Source: an uncultured virus (IMG/VR IMGVR_UViG_3300008954_000037)
Taxonomy: Duplodnaviria; Heunggongvirae; Uroviricota; Caudoviricetes
IMG/VR virus record: IMGVR_UViG_3300008954_000037
DNA: 20,000 bases
Reading direction: 5' to 3' (one strand)
In this document: piece after piece, positions 1-8,455 of the stretch
Position numbering within the stretch: the stretch's first letter is position 1
How the letters are laid out: every line of letters starts with the position of its first letter
Translations under genes and position numbers: made by a program
The notes under the pieces: model-generated
Told to the model about the DNA's origin: nothing
What the model saw: the letters and a program-made list of their open reading frames with translations, nothing else
Database searches by the model: none

Positions 1-263
1 CGCCTGTAGGTGGCGCGGCCCTTGGCGGCGGCCTTCCGCCGCTTCTCCCGGTGAGCCTTCATCTTCGCGTCGGCAACGGCACGACTTTCCGCCTTCCGGC
101 GCCGCTCGCGCTCGTGGAGGGCGTCCCGGCGCCGGCAATACTCGGCCCACTCCTCGTCGGTGTAGTGAGGGGCGGTGACAGGGGGGACGCCCGCAATCGC
201 CATCTCGATCACGGCGGGGCGCTTGCTGGCGGGTGTGACTTCTTGTTGGAGGGTCTCAGCCAT
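1..263 (-). CDS. Hypothetical protein, basic C-terminal part, runs off window edge (partial)
   Basis: Hand-translated open frame from ATG at 263 (MAETLQQEVTPASKRPAVIEMAIAG...KAAAKGRATYR); same strand as neighbouring genes. Confidence 0.6.
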   Translation of the reverse strand, partial: MAETLQQEVTPASKRPAVIEMAIAGVPPVTAPHYTDEEWAEYCRRRDALHERERRRKAESRAVADAKMKAHREKRRKAAAKGRATYR

Positions 264-269
264 GGGCAG

Positions 270-299
270 ACACTAACATATCACGGCAGAAAGCTGCAA
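270..299 (-). promoter_or_regulatory. Putative sigma70-type promoter, possibly for a leaderless transcript
   Basis: Minus strand TTGCAG-18 nt-TAGTGT with extended TG, 6 nt before ATG 263; no RBS. Confidence 0.3.
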
Positions 300-305
300 C
301 CGGCT

Positions 306-548
306 TCAGTGTTCTTCGCCGTGCATGGCTACGGTGATGTTCCACCCGCACTCCTGTTTCTCCACCAGCAGCGCCTTGAGCTTGTCAGGGTCGAGCGTGG
401 TGCCGGTCTGGAAATTGTAGAATTGGCACAGGTGTTCGATCAGGGCAAGGGCGACGATGTTGATGGGTTTTCTGTCCAGCACCTTGCCGATCTGGTCGTA
501 GAGGTCTTGGATCTCTTTGAGGTCGTCGTCATCCCATTGAAACTTCAT
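306..548 (-). CDS. Hypothetical protein (80 aa)
   Basis: ATGA overlap with recombinase stop; protein-like composition. Confidence 0.7.
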   Translation of the reverse strand: MKFQWDDDDLKEIQDLYDQIGKVLDRKPINIVALALIEHLCQFYNFQTGTTLDPDKLKALLVEKQECGWNITVAMHGEEH

Positions 549-1576
549 AGACCAATCCCCGCTGCGGCGTTGTCATCCCAGAGCCCCTCGTCGCGGATGT
601 AGCGCATGATCATCTCGACCGACCTGTGCCGGGTCTGGCGCATGATGGTGTGGACGGGCTTGCCGGCCTTGGCGGCGGCAGTGGCCAGACCTGCACGGAG
701 GCTGTGCCCAGAGATTCTACCCTGCACCCCGGCCCTCTTGGCGGCCCGCTGGACGACCTTAGCGATGGCCCGTGGGGAGAGGGTCTTGTTCAAGATCTCA
801 CCATTGCGAAGGATGGGCCGAAACACCGGCCCGCTGGCCTCCTTACCACCGACCACGCCCCGCCACGCCAGCAAGGAGCGAACAGGACAGGTAGAGAGTT
901 GGCCGCCGTAAGGGAGCCCGACAACGTGCCCCACCCGCTCCTGATCCGTCTTGGACTTGCGGATGGTGACGCGCAGACCCTCGTCCACCAACTCGATGTC
1001 GCGCCAGCACAGGTCCGAAAGCTCAGAGCGGCGAAAGGCGCCAGCGAAGCCAACGGTCAGCAGTGCCCGGTCGCGGATACTGTAGCTGTTGTAGGTGTCG
1101 ATGAGCGGGGAGGGGGGCGCATTTGGATTCTCAGGGGCCGGGTTGAGGGTCTTGCGACCGATCTCCACCATCAGGCGCAGGTCCACAGGCAAAATCGGAG
1201 AGGCACGATCCTGTTCCCTTCCCAAGGTGCGGCGCACGCCCTTCATCACCCGCCGGACCACCGGGGTCATGCGGGGGCTGTCGTAGCCTTGGACGCCGTA
1301 GGCGTAGGCGATGGAGGACAACGCCCGGTCCACCGTCGAGAGCTTCTTGCCCGCGTCGGCCAGGGTGGCGAGATAGATGGCCACCACCGGGGGCTGGTCG
1401 AACGCGGGGTCGATGTTCCGTGATTGGCACCACACGTCGAAGCGCCCCCAGTCAGATCTGTAGGCGCGTTTGGTCTCGGGCGCCAACTCCGCGTCGAGAT
1501 AGAAGTCTGCTCTGGCCACGTCAGCGATCAACGCCGGGGTGGCCTCGGCAGGCAGTTTGGTCAATTCATTCGTCAT
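545..1576 (-). CDS. Tyrosine recombinase/integrase (Cre/XerC-like, N-terminal core-binding domain)
   Basis: Catalytic motifs RDRALLTVGFAGAFRRSEL (R), KSKTDQ (K), GHSLRAG (HxxR), TRH, RYIR (Y); likely start MTNEL at 1576 after GGGAG. Confidence 0.93.
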   Translation of the reverse strand: MTNELTKLPAEATPALIADVARADFYLDAELAPETKRAYRSDWGRFDVWCQSRNIDPAFDQPPVVAIYLATLADAGKKLSTVDRALSSIAYAYGVQGYDSPRMTPVVRRVMKGVRRTLGREQDRASPILPVDLRLMVEIGRKTLNPAPENPNAPPSPLIDTYNSYSIRDRALLTVGFAGAFRRSELSDLCWRDIELVDEGLRVTIRKSKTDQERVGHVVGLPYGGQLSTCPVRSLLAWRGVVGGKEASGPVFRPILRNGEILNKTLSPRAIAKVVQRAAKRAGVQGRISGHSLRAGLATAAAKAGKPVHTIMRQTRHRSVEMIMRYIRDEGLWDDNAAAGIGL

Positions 1577-1802
1577 CTTCAAGGCTCCCGCATAGCTCAC
1601 ACAATGGATTCTCAGGCACGTCACGGGCCGCGCCAATGGGTACGCCGCACTCCTGGCAGCGCACTACGATAGTTGCAAAACATCCCTGACATAGCACCCC
1701 ACCCCTCACCAAAGGGTATCCGCAGAGGGTACAGGTCCACGCAGGTCGCTGGATGCGGAACGGCGACGGGGGCCTCGTGCGGATGGGGAGGGCTTGGGGC
1801 AC
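1566..1802 (-). CDS. Double zinc-ribbon protein (78 aa)
   Basis: Four CxxC pairs (CTLC, CQGC, CQEC, CELC); overlaps both neighbours. Confidence 0.65.
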   Translation of the reverse strand: MPQALPIRTRPPSPFRIQRPAWTCTLCGYPLVRGGVLCQGCFATIVVRCQECGVPIGAARDVPENPLCELCGSLEDDE

Positions 1803-2122
1803 TACGCCACCTCACCCTGGAAGAAGGTATCGTCGTCGTCGTCGTGGCGGAACGTGGGCGTGCCTTCACCCATCCAGGCCCCGGAGGTGTTGAAGTCGAA
1901 CCACGTCACCGCCTCCTCGTAGTTGCAGTCCATCCACTTCTCAATGGCCTTGATGCACAGGTCGGCGTCGTAGATGAACACCCATTCTCGGGCTGTACGA
2001 GGCCAGTGATCCTTGGGGTCACAGGTCCGACCGACGATGGCCACGTCGTACACGTCCCGAGGCTCCAGCAGCAGCGCGTCTGGGGCGTTATCCTCCATCC
2101 ACTTCAAGATCTCAAGCCGCAT
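1802..2122 (-). CDS. Phage-type hypothetical protein (106 aa)
   Basis: Motif IYDAD...EEAVTWFDFNTSGAWMGEGTP resembles a common phage hypothetical family (from recall); GGGGGTGA RBS. Confidence 0.75.
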   Translation of the reverse strand: MRLEILKWMEDNAPDALLLEPRDVYDVAIVGRTCDPKDHWPRTAREWVFIYDADLCIKAIEKWMDCNYEEAVTWFDFNTSGAWMGEGTPTFRHDDDDDTFFQGEVA

Positions 2123-3042
2123 CGGTCACCCCCCTGTCGATTCTGAGTTTTGTTTTCCGCAAGCTCGATCCACCCCGAGGGGGCATTGGCGGCGGCCTTT
2201 TGGATCCTCTCGACGAGCGTGATGGCGGGGCGGGCGTCCTCCACCCCGAAGCCGTCGCGAACCAGGGTGCGCTTGTAGACCTGGGTGTGCAGGTCGCCAA
2301 AGCCGGTGGACAGGTCGACCGTCACATCCCCCACCGACAGGCGCCGGTAGGAGGCCCCCACCCCCTCGGGGATGTCGCTGGCCCGCAGAGACAGAAACCA
2401 CTTCACGTCCACGTCACGCAGCGCCAGGACGCCACGCATGCAGTCCGGCTCGGCGGTGGACACCACGAACCGCTGCACCGGCCCGAAAAGCATGATGAGC
2501 AGGTCGAAGAAGTGGACTCCGATGTTCATGGCCACGCCGCCAGAGAGCTTGGGGTCTCCCTTCCACGACTCGTGGTACCACGGGCCTCGGCGGGTGATGT
2601 AGGTGATGTCGACGTTGCGGCGCCGGCCAGCCGGGGCGCCCACCTTCAACAGGGCCTCGTGCAGCCGCAGTTGCAGGACACAGAAGGCCCGCTGCCCGGT
2701 TTCCGCCTCCACCGCTGCGATGTTGTCCAACTCCCCTGTGGTCAGGGCCATGGGCTTCTCGGACAGGACGTTGGCCCCGGCGCGCATGGCCCTGTTGATC
2801 TGAGCGGTGTGGTGATGGTTGGGTGAGCAGATGACCACCCAATCCACCTCCAAAGCCTCCACACGGCCCCAGAACACCTCCTCGTCGGTGGTAAACTCAG
2901 CCTCGGGGAAGTGTTGGTCCAACACCCCCACCGAGTCATGGGGGTCGTGAGCCAGCACCAGCTTGTTGCCAGTCGCGTGAATGGCTTGGAGGTGTCTGGG
3001 GGCAACGAAGCCCGCTGCCCCCAGCAGCGCAAAGGTCAGCAT
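2104..3042 (-). CDS. wbpB: Gfo/Idh/MocA oxidoreductase, WbpB/WlbA-like UDP-GlcNAcA 3-dehydrogenase
   Basis: FALLGAAGFVAPRH, ICSPNHHH, EKP, LQLR, TYITRRGPWY..SWKGDPKLSGGVAMNIGVHFFD, WFLS, GFGDLHT match WbpB/WlbA-type sequence. Confidence 0.85.
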   Translation of the reverse strand: MLTFALLGAAGFVAPRHLQAIHATGNKLVLAHDPHDSVGVLDQHFPEAEFTTDEEVFWGRVEALEVDWVVICSPNHHHTAQINRAMRAGANVLSEKPMALTTGELDNIAAVEAETGQRAFCVLQLRLHEALLKVGAPAGRRRNVDITYITRRGPWYHESWKGDPKLSGGVAMNIGVHFFDLLIMLFGPVQRFVVSTAEPDCMRGVLALRDVDVKWFLSLRASDIPEGVGASYRRLSVGDVTVDLSTGFGDLHTQVYKRTLVRDGFGVEDARPAITLVERIQKAAANAPSGWIELAENKTQNRQGGDRCGLRS

Positions 3043-3164
3043 TTCTTCGCCTCCTCGACCCGTTGGAGATGCCCCTCGATGGCGGCGTTGGGGTCGGGTT
3101 CGTCCAGGGCGAAGATGCGCGGGCTGTCGACGTTGGCGACCTTGTGTGTGGTGATTTCCCTCAT
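3036..3164 (-). CDS. Small ORF (42 aa), possibly a truncated gene
   Basis: MREITTHKVANVDSPRIFALDEPDPNAAIEGHLQRVEEAKKC; AAGGAGAG RBS; overlaps next start. Confidence 0.5.
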   Translation of the reverse strand: MREITTHKVANVDSPRIFALDEPDPNAAIEGHLQRVEEAKKC

Positions 3165-3205
3165 TTGCTCTCTCCTTCGCAGAAGACGATCAGGTCTGTG
3201 CCCAT

Positions 3206-3475
3206 CTACCCCTCCTCGGCGGCTTCACGCTTGGCGTCCCAAACCTGGGCCTCCTCGTAGGTCAGACCATCTGGCACGGGGTCACGCTTCATGCGGCGGC
3301 GCTCCTTGGCGAAGCCGGCCTCGGTCTCGGTCTGCATCCGCATGCGGGGGGCCTGCAAGATCTGAATGGCCCGCACACCACCACACTCCGGGCACGGCTT
3401 CACGTCCTGGCTCGGACGCTTCCAGATGATGAATCGGGCGTTGCAACCCTTGCACTTCACGTCGTAACTCGGCAT
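3206..3475 (-). CDS. FmdB-family zinc-ribbon protein
   Basis: MPSYDVKCKGC...CPECGG signature; AAGGAG RBS before ATG 3475. Confidence 0.8.
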   Translation of the reverse strand: MPSYDVKCKGCNARFIIWKRPSQDVKPCPECGGVRAIQILQAPRMRMQTETEAGFAKERRRMKRDPVPDGLTYEEAQVWDAKREAAEEG

Positions 3476-3494
3476 CTCAATTCTCCTTCCCGCC

Positions 3495-4148
3495 TCAGCG
3501 GAGCCCTCCAGGCTTTTGCAAGTCCCAGCCACGCATCACCACGAGCCCTCGGGTGACGCCCTCAGCGCCCTCGACTTCAACGGTCGCGGGCTTGCCGGCG
3601 ACGATCACCTTGGGGAAGGACAACAGCGGCAGCCGGTCGCGGGTGGGTGCGTGTTCGATGGAGAGGGTCTCCAACTGCTGATCCATCCGACACATCCAAA
3701 CTTCGATCCGGGCCATCACGTCCCAGACAGGGTCGCCGGAGGGGGTGGCCGGGGTGGCGGGAGGGGTTTGACCGGGCACCAGCCACAGGCTGGCCAGCTT
3801 CCAAGTGATCTTGTCGCTCTCGTATGCAGTCACCCGGAACCGGGTCTCGGAGTCGTCGCCCAGCAGCATGGGAACATCGTCAGCGCCCCACAGCAGGATG
3901 CCCACACGGGTGATGACGCGCACCACGCAGGCGTCGACATTCTGCGACAGCATCACCGGAGAGTCGCGACCCTCAAAGGTCACCCACTCCTCCACCACAG
4001 ACGAGAACAGGCACTCACCAAGACGCATCCCCATATCCGGGTCCACCACCAAGTACGAATATGGGGTCAACTCCTCCAAGACCTTGCACTTCGGCACGCC
4101 CTCTCGACCGCTCAAAACCTTCTGCCCAGGCTGAATCGAACCACTCAT
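3495..4148 (-). CDS. Hypothetical protein (217 aa)
   Basis: Start MSGSIQPG after GGAGGG; overlaps upstream stop. Confidence 0.65.
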   Translation of the reverse strand: MSGSIQPGQKVLSGREGVPKCKVLEELTPYSYLVVDPDMGMRLGECLFSSVVEEWVTFEGRDSPVMLSQNVDACVVRVITRVGILLWGADDVPMLLGDDSETRFRVTAYESDKITWKLASLWLVPGQTPPATPATPSGDPVWDVMARIEVWMCRMDQQLETLSIEHAPTRDRLPLLSFPKVIVAGKPATVEVEGAEGVTRGLVVMRGWDLQKPGGLR

Positions 4149-4387
4149 TTCGCCCTCCACGCCTTGAGTCGCAATCCACGTTCCGTGGCCAGGACGCCCA
4201 TCGCGGCACCCACTGCCGCAACCACCACGCCCCGTTGCCGGCCAGACGCCTTGAGCAACTCCGTATCCCCCTCGTGGACCATCGCCCACCAGTCGCCCTT
4301 GCCCGCAGGCAAGTGCAGGTTGTTCCAGAGCCGGACCCGGAACGGCCCCCACTTGGTGTCGAGGTTGGAATCACTCGTAGATGCCAT
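4145..4387 (-). CDS. Hypothetical protein (80 aa)
   Basis: GGAGG before ATG 4387; overlaps both neighbours. Confidence 0.5.
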   Translation of the reverse strand: MASTSDSNLDTKWGPFRVRLWNNLHLPAGKGDWWAMVHEGDTELLKASGRQRGVVVAAVGAAMGVLATERGLRLKAWRAK

Positions 4388-4868
4388 CGGTGGCCTCCGG
4401 CAGATCATCGGTGAAGGTCACCTTCTCACCCTCGTATCCCACGGTGCGGTTGTTGTAGACGAGGACGTGAGAGTCCACCGTCATCCCCTCGTTGACGAAG
4501 CGACCACCGTTGCGGGTAGGCACCCACCAGCCACGCGCTTTTTGACTGGCCAACCCCCACTTCTCCAAGAAGCTGTAGTCGCGGCTGCGAACGTAGGGGC
4601 GGGGAGCCTCAGTGTTGAGGTGGTAGGCCCGTGCATCGCGGTCGAAGGCGTCCACCAGCCAGCCCAGAATCTGGGCAAAGCCCGCCCGGAAGGGGCGGCG
4701 GTAGACCTTGGCCTTCTGGCCGCAGCAGGGGCAGACGACCCCGTGCGGGGTGAGGGCCTCCCTGGCGACGTATTTGCGCGCATCGGCCATCTCCACACGC
4801 TCCATGCCGCGAGGCAGGATCGACCACAGCGACAATTTGAGTTTCGATTTCTCCGTACCGTTGACCAT
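4371..4868 (-). CDS. Hypothetical protein with CPCC motif, possibly winged-helix-like
   Basis: AGGAGAG RBS; VVCPCCGQKAKVYRR...LEKWGL...GWWVPT. Confidence 0.75.
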   Translation of the reverse strand: MVNGTEKSKLKLSLWSILPRGMERVEMADARKYVAREALTPHGVVCPCCGQKAKVYRRPFRAGFAQILGWLVDAFDRDARAYHLNTEAPRPYVRSRDYSFLEKWGLASQKARGWWVPTRNGGRFVNEGMTVDSHVLVYNNRTVGYEGEKVTFTDDLPEATDGIYE

Positions 4869-4877
4869 CTGACTCTC

Positions 4878-5255
4878 CTAATCTGAAATGTCGGTGGGGC
4901 GCCCTTCCATGCAGGAACGCTCTGACGACGCCACCGATCGCCGCTCACTTGCTGATGCCTCGATGTCCCTTGGGCCGAGAGGCTTACGGCTTCCCCTATG
5001 TTGGGCGGGCCGTGAGCGACCCGAGGAGGTGCGGCCCTCCACTTGGTGGTTGCCGAGCGCGGCCAGGATGGCATCGCCCAGACGATCGAACAGGTCACCA
5101 CCCCTGCGAAGCTGTGTCGCCCGGTGGTCCAGGCGGTCAGCGGTGTTGTGGCAGAGGTTGCGGCCAACCTCGCAGACGACGGCAGCGCCCAGAGGGGTGA
5201 ACAGCTTGGTGATCAGGCCCGCAGTGAAGATCAGCCGCCCTGGGAGGTCACGCAT
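4878..5255 (-). CDS. Hypothetical protein (125 aa)
   Basis: TGATG coupling at 5255; AAGGAG RBS. Confidence 0.5.
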   Translation of the reverse strand: MRDLPGRLIFTAGLITKLFTPLGAAVVCEVGRNLCHNTADRLDHRATQLRRGGDLFDRLGDAILAALGNHQVEGRTSSGRSRPAQHRGSRKPLGPRDIEASASERRSVASSERSCMEGRPTDISD

Positions 5256-5488
5256 CAGATGTCTCCTTTCCAGAGGCCGAAGGCGAGTCCACAGGCCCCG
5301 ATCACGACTGCCACCACCACTGCCAGAACGATCCCAGCGACGACCACCACAACGGGCACCCAGAGCGGCGACAATACCCACAGCCACGACCAGTCGATGA
5401 CGCCGACGAGTTTCAAGCCGATGAACAGCATCAGCAGCATAGACGCCGTGCTGGTGCTGTGGCCCACTACGGAGGGGTTGTCGCGCAT
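5255..5488 (-). CDS. Small membrane protein (phage-type LKL..VIDWSWLWVLSPLW family)
   Basis: Two hydrophobic segments with the characteristic IDWSWLWVLSPLW motif; AAGGAGG RBS. Confidence 0.8.
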   Translation of the reverse strand: MRDNPSVVGHSTSTASMLLMLFIGLKLVGVIDWSWLWVLSPLWVPVVVVVAGIVLAVVVAVVIGACGLAFGLWKGDI

Positions 5489-5700
5489 CGAGAGCCTCCT
5501 TTCTGTTTGGTGACCAGAGCCTCGACCCCCTCGTAAGGCGGCGGATCAGCGCCCATCGCGACGTACATGAGGTGCAGGTTCACCAGATGGTTCAGGCACG
5601 GGATGCAGGTCACCTTGTGCCAGTCAGGCGCGATGCGCCGGGCCTGGGGGTGGTTGCAGAGCGGGTTCATGGTCGGGCCGTTGATGTAGTGGGTCTTCAC
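5467..5700 (-). CDS. Hypothetical Cys/His protein (77 aa)
   Basis: GTGA overlap at 5697-5700, AGGAG RBS; H..PLC...VTCIPC. Confidence 0.6.
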   Translation of the reverse strand: MKTHYINGPTMNPLCNHPQARRIAPDWHKVTCIPCLNHLVNLHLMYVAMGADPPPYEGVEALVTKQKGGSRCATTPP

Positions 5701-6116
5701 GCTGTCTCCTGCGCGGCCCACCACCCCTCGACGGCGACCATGGCATCGACGCGGCTGCCGTAGCGGGGCGTCATCTCCTCGTCGGTGGCCTCCTCGCCGC
5801 AGACGTACCAGAGCCCCCCTTCCACGTCGGCCACACAGCGTCCGCTGGCAGCGTGTTGCCTCATGGCTCCGTATGTTTCGGCCTTGATCCAACCCTCCCG
5901 CTCCGGCGACGGGATGCCCAGGATGACCTCGTCCCACTCAGCCATGGTGCCGTCGATGTCGACGTAAGTCTGGTCGCCGTCCGCATCTGCCATGGGTTGA
6001 TAGAGCCTCAACCCACCATCCCTCATCGTAAAAACCTCGGTGACGAGGGAGAGGTTCACACGGACGGAGAGCCCGTTGAGGGTCTCGCCCACCAGCCAGT
6101 CAGCGTAGCGTTTCAT
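5697..6116 (-). CDS. Hypothetical protein (139 aa)
   Basis: ATGA overlap; protein-like composition. Confidence 0.7.
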   Translation of the reverse strand: MKRYADWLVGETLNGLSVRVNLSLVTEVFTMRDGGLRLYQPMADADGDQTYVDIDGTMAEWDEVILGIPSPEREGWIKAETYGAMRQHAASGRCVADVEGGLWYVCGEEATDEEMTPRYGSRVDAMVAVEGWWAAQETA

Positions 6117-6397
6117 CCCATCCTCACTTCGCCCCGTTGGGCCTTGTCACGGGCCTTGGTCAGCGCGTCGATGAGGGTAGTGGCCTTGGCGCTGACCTCG
6201 GCGCGCTCCTCGGGCGCTCCCAGGCCGTCGCCAGAGGGGGTCGAACGGGTGTGCCAGACGGTCACCCTCCACCCCCCATCGGCCCAGGCGGTGATCTTAA
6301 CGGTGACGAGCTTGACGCTGACCTTGAACGCCTTGGCGGCGGCCTTCATCAGGTCGTTGCGGGCCTTGCTGATGTACGCGGTTGCCAGACGGCTCAT
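6113..6397 (-). CDS. Hypothetical protein (94 aa)
   Basis: ATGA overlaps at both ends; AAGGAG RBS. Confidence 0.7.
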   Translation of the reverse strand: MSRLATAYISKARNDLMKAAAKAFKVSVKLVTVKITAWADGGWRVTVWHTRSTPSGDGLGAPEERAEVSAKATTLIDALTKARDKAQRGEVRMG

Positions 6398-7563
6398 GCT
6401 TTCTCCTTGCTGTTGTGGAACGCCATGGCGACCTCCAATACGTCCTTGTCGACGGACAGCAGCGCCTTGGCGGCGGCAAGGGTGGCGCCACTGGTGCCCA
6501 TCTTCCAGCCGAAGGCCAGCGTGTGCTGGATACGATCTGGAGACACCGACCGGGCATCCGAGAGCAGCGCCAACGCCACCTTCAACTCGGCCTTGACCTT
6601 GTCCTTCGTGGACCGCAGCCCGTCTCGCTCGGTCTGCGTGGCGGTGTAGTCGACAATGACCGCGTCATGCTTGGCGCGGAGATCTGCCAACGCCTCCTGC
6701 GCGCACTTCAACTCAAACGACAGGTCGTTGCAGTTGGTAGCCAGGGTGGTGTGGGCGACTTCGACATCCTTCAGCTTCGCCTCCAGGGTCTTGACCTGGG
6801 CTTCGGCCTCATCAGCGCGCTCGGAGTGCTTGACCGCCATCGCCAGCGCCTCCTCGACCTCCTCGGAGCCTGCGGCTGCCGTGGGGAGAGGTGGTGGTGC
6901 TGGGGTGGTCGCTGCCGCCTCAGATGGGGCCTGTGACTGTGACTCCATGGCCACCCGCATGTCTCGGGTGGACGCCGACAAGGGGCCGCCGCCCGCCACG
7001 AATGCCTCCACCGCCGCATGTAGGACGTTCCTACCGCCGTACTGCTTAACCAGGGCGCTGTAGTATTTAGCGAGCCGCTTGTTGGGCTTGTCGATGGCTT
7101 TGCCAATCTCGACCCAGCCCCGACCCTCACCCTTGAGGCGACACATCGTCAAGACTTGGCCCACTGTCCATGTACGGGTATTGGACGCCTTTTGGGATGG
7201 CACCACCGTCAATGTGGGTACCGCTGGCTTGGTGACTGCAAGGCCCAGGGTCTCTGCGACTCGGTGGGCGTCCGAGTGCTGTAGACGTACCACCTTGAGG
7301 CCAAGATCTGAGGCCACGCCCGACGCCGACGCATCGGCGCCGTGACCCATCCAACGGGTCAGCAGCACCATGTGGCTTGGGGCTGGGGTGGTGTCGGAGT
7401 AGATGGTCTCCCACTTCATTCGCCCATCACCGGGCCACCATCGGCTCACGATGACGCCCACCTTTTTCCACCGGGCGAATAGCTCCATGTTTTGTCGGCG
7501 CTGGCCACCTGTGACCCAGACCACGACCTTGGTCGGACTCTTTGTTTTGCGTTGTGCGTTCAT
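6394..7563 (-). CDS. Multi-domain hypothetical protein with C-terminal coiled coil (389 aa)
   Basis: AAGGAGAG RBS before MNAQRK; heptad-rich A/E/K/L segment after a Pro/Ala linker. Confidence 0.75.
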   Translation of the reverse strand: MNAQRKTKSPTKVVVWVTGGQRRQNMELFARWKKVGVIVSRWWPGDGRMKWETIYSDTTPAPSHMVLLTRWMGHGADASASGVASDLGLKVVRLQHSDAHRVAETLGLAVTKPAVPTLTVVPSQKASNTRTWTVGQVLTMCRLKGEGRGWVEIGKAIDKPNKRLAKYYSALVKQYGGRNVLHAAVEAFVAGGGPLSASTRDMRVAMESQSQAPSEAAATTPAPPPLPTAAAGSEEVEEALAMAVKHSERADEAEAQVKTLEAKLKDVEVAHTTLATNCNDLSFELKCAQEALADLRAKHDAVIVDYTATQTERDGLRSTKDKVKAELKVALALLSDARSVSPDRIQHTLAFGWKMGTSGATLAAAKALLSVDKDVLEVAMAFHNSKEKA

Positions 7564-7632
7564 CCTACTCTCCTTTGCTTGCGTTTTGGGCGTCGGCAAC
7601 CGTTGCTTCTGCCCCGAATCTGAGTTTTGATT

Positions 7633-7773
7633 CTACTTCCGCACCACCTCAAACACTGACGTAGGTGCAGCCGCCATGATCAGGTCGTACACCCGATGGT
7701 TGTGCGGATAGACGGTGTGTTGGAGGTGGTAGCGGTCGCGGCAGAATAGGGTCGCTGGATGGGGTTGGTTCAT
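7633..7773 (-). CDS. Small hypothetical protein (46 aa)
   Basis: Hand-translated MNQPHPATLFCRD...VVRK; TGATG coupling and AGGAGG RBS. Confidence 0.5.
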   Translation of the reverse strand: MNQPHPATLFCRDRYHLQHTVYPHNHRVYDLIMAAAPTSVFEVVRK

Positions 7774-7970
7774 CAGATGTCCTCCTGGGTGCCGGCATTC
7801 TTGTCAGGGACGGCGTGCAGAAGCAGAAGCTCCAGCAGGGAGGCGATATGGTCCAGATCCCCAGGCATCACGCTCACCGTCCGTTTGTTCTCGCGGGCCA
7901 CCTCGGCCTGCTGCCGGAGCCACCGAATCTTGTTCTCCGCAACCGCCTTCAAATCAACAGACATCGTCAT
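7773..7970 (-). CDS. Hypothetical protein (65 aa)
   Basis: GGGAGGG RBS; coupled to neighbours. Confidence 0.6.
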   Translation of the reverse strand: MTMSVDLKAVAENKIRWLRQQAEVARENKRTVSVMPGDLDHIASLLELLLLHAVPDKNAGTQEDI

Positions 7971-8085
7971 CCCTCCCAGAGCGCCGACGCGCCCAGAACC
8001 ATGAGACCCCGGCGAACACGACCAGAACCCCTACGGGGACCGCCGCCAGAAGGGCGTAGCCCCACATGGGAAACTCAGCCGTCAT
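7954..8085 (-). CDS. Small single-pass membrane protein (43 aa)
   Basis: MTAEFPMWGYALLAAVPVGVLVVFAGVSWFWARRR; GGAGGG RBS. Confidence 0.55.
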   Translation of the reverse strand: MTAEFPMWGYALLAAVPVGVLVVFAGVSWFWARRRSGRDDDVC

Positions 8086-8257
8086 CGCTACCCTCCGGGC
8101 CGCAGCCGTCATCGAGCGGCGGCAACTCCGTCCCCACCTTGCAGCGGCTGTGCCCGCAGACTCGACACTGACCCCGTTGGATGCCGTTGTAGATGTTGCA
8201 CTGGCAGCATCCCCAGCCAGGGGCCAAATGGGGGATGTCTTCAAGGCTCTTGCACAT
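8075..8257 (-). CDS. Small zinc-finger-like protein (60 aa)
   Basis: WGCCQCNIYN...CRVCGHSRC; GGAG RBS. Confidence 0.6.
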   Translation of the reverse strand: MCKSLEDIPHLAPGWGCCQCNIYNGIQRGQCRVCGHSRCKVGTELPPLDDGCGPEGSDDG

Positions 8258-8432
8258 GGTTCGTCTCCATCCACACCCCCCGCCCGGCCAGCAGGCCCCG
8301 TTGCCTGCCGGCCAGGAGGGGAGCGCCAGTGTAGCCGGAGCCCTGACAACCCCTGACCACGTCCTTTACTTTGTCCTCCAAGACAATCCCGGCCCCCACG
8401 AGCAGCGTCTTCGGATGCTCCTCACGCGGCAC
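8241..8432 (-). CDS. Possible hypothetical ORF or gene remnant (63 aa)
   Basis: Fills the gap on the operon strand; no clear RBS. Confidence 0.3.
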   Translation of the reverse strand: MPREEHPKTLLVGAGIVLEDKVKDVVRGCQGSGYTGAPLLAGRQRGLLAGRGVWMETNHVQEP

Positions 8433-8455
8433 CTAGGGCTGCGGTAGTCGGCGCG

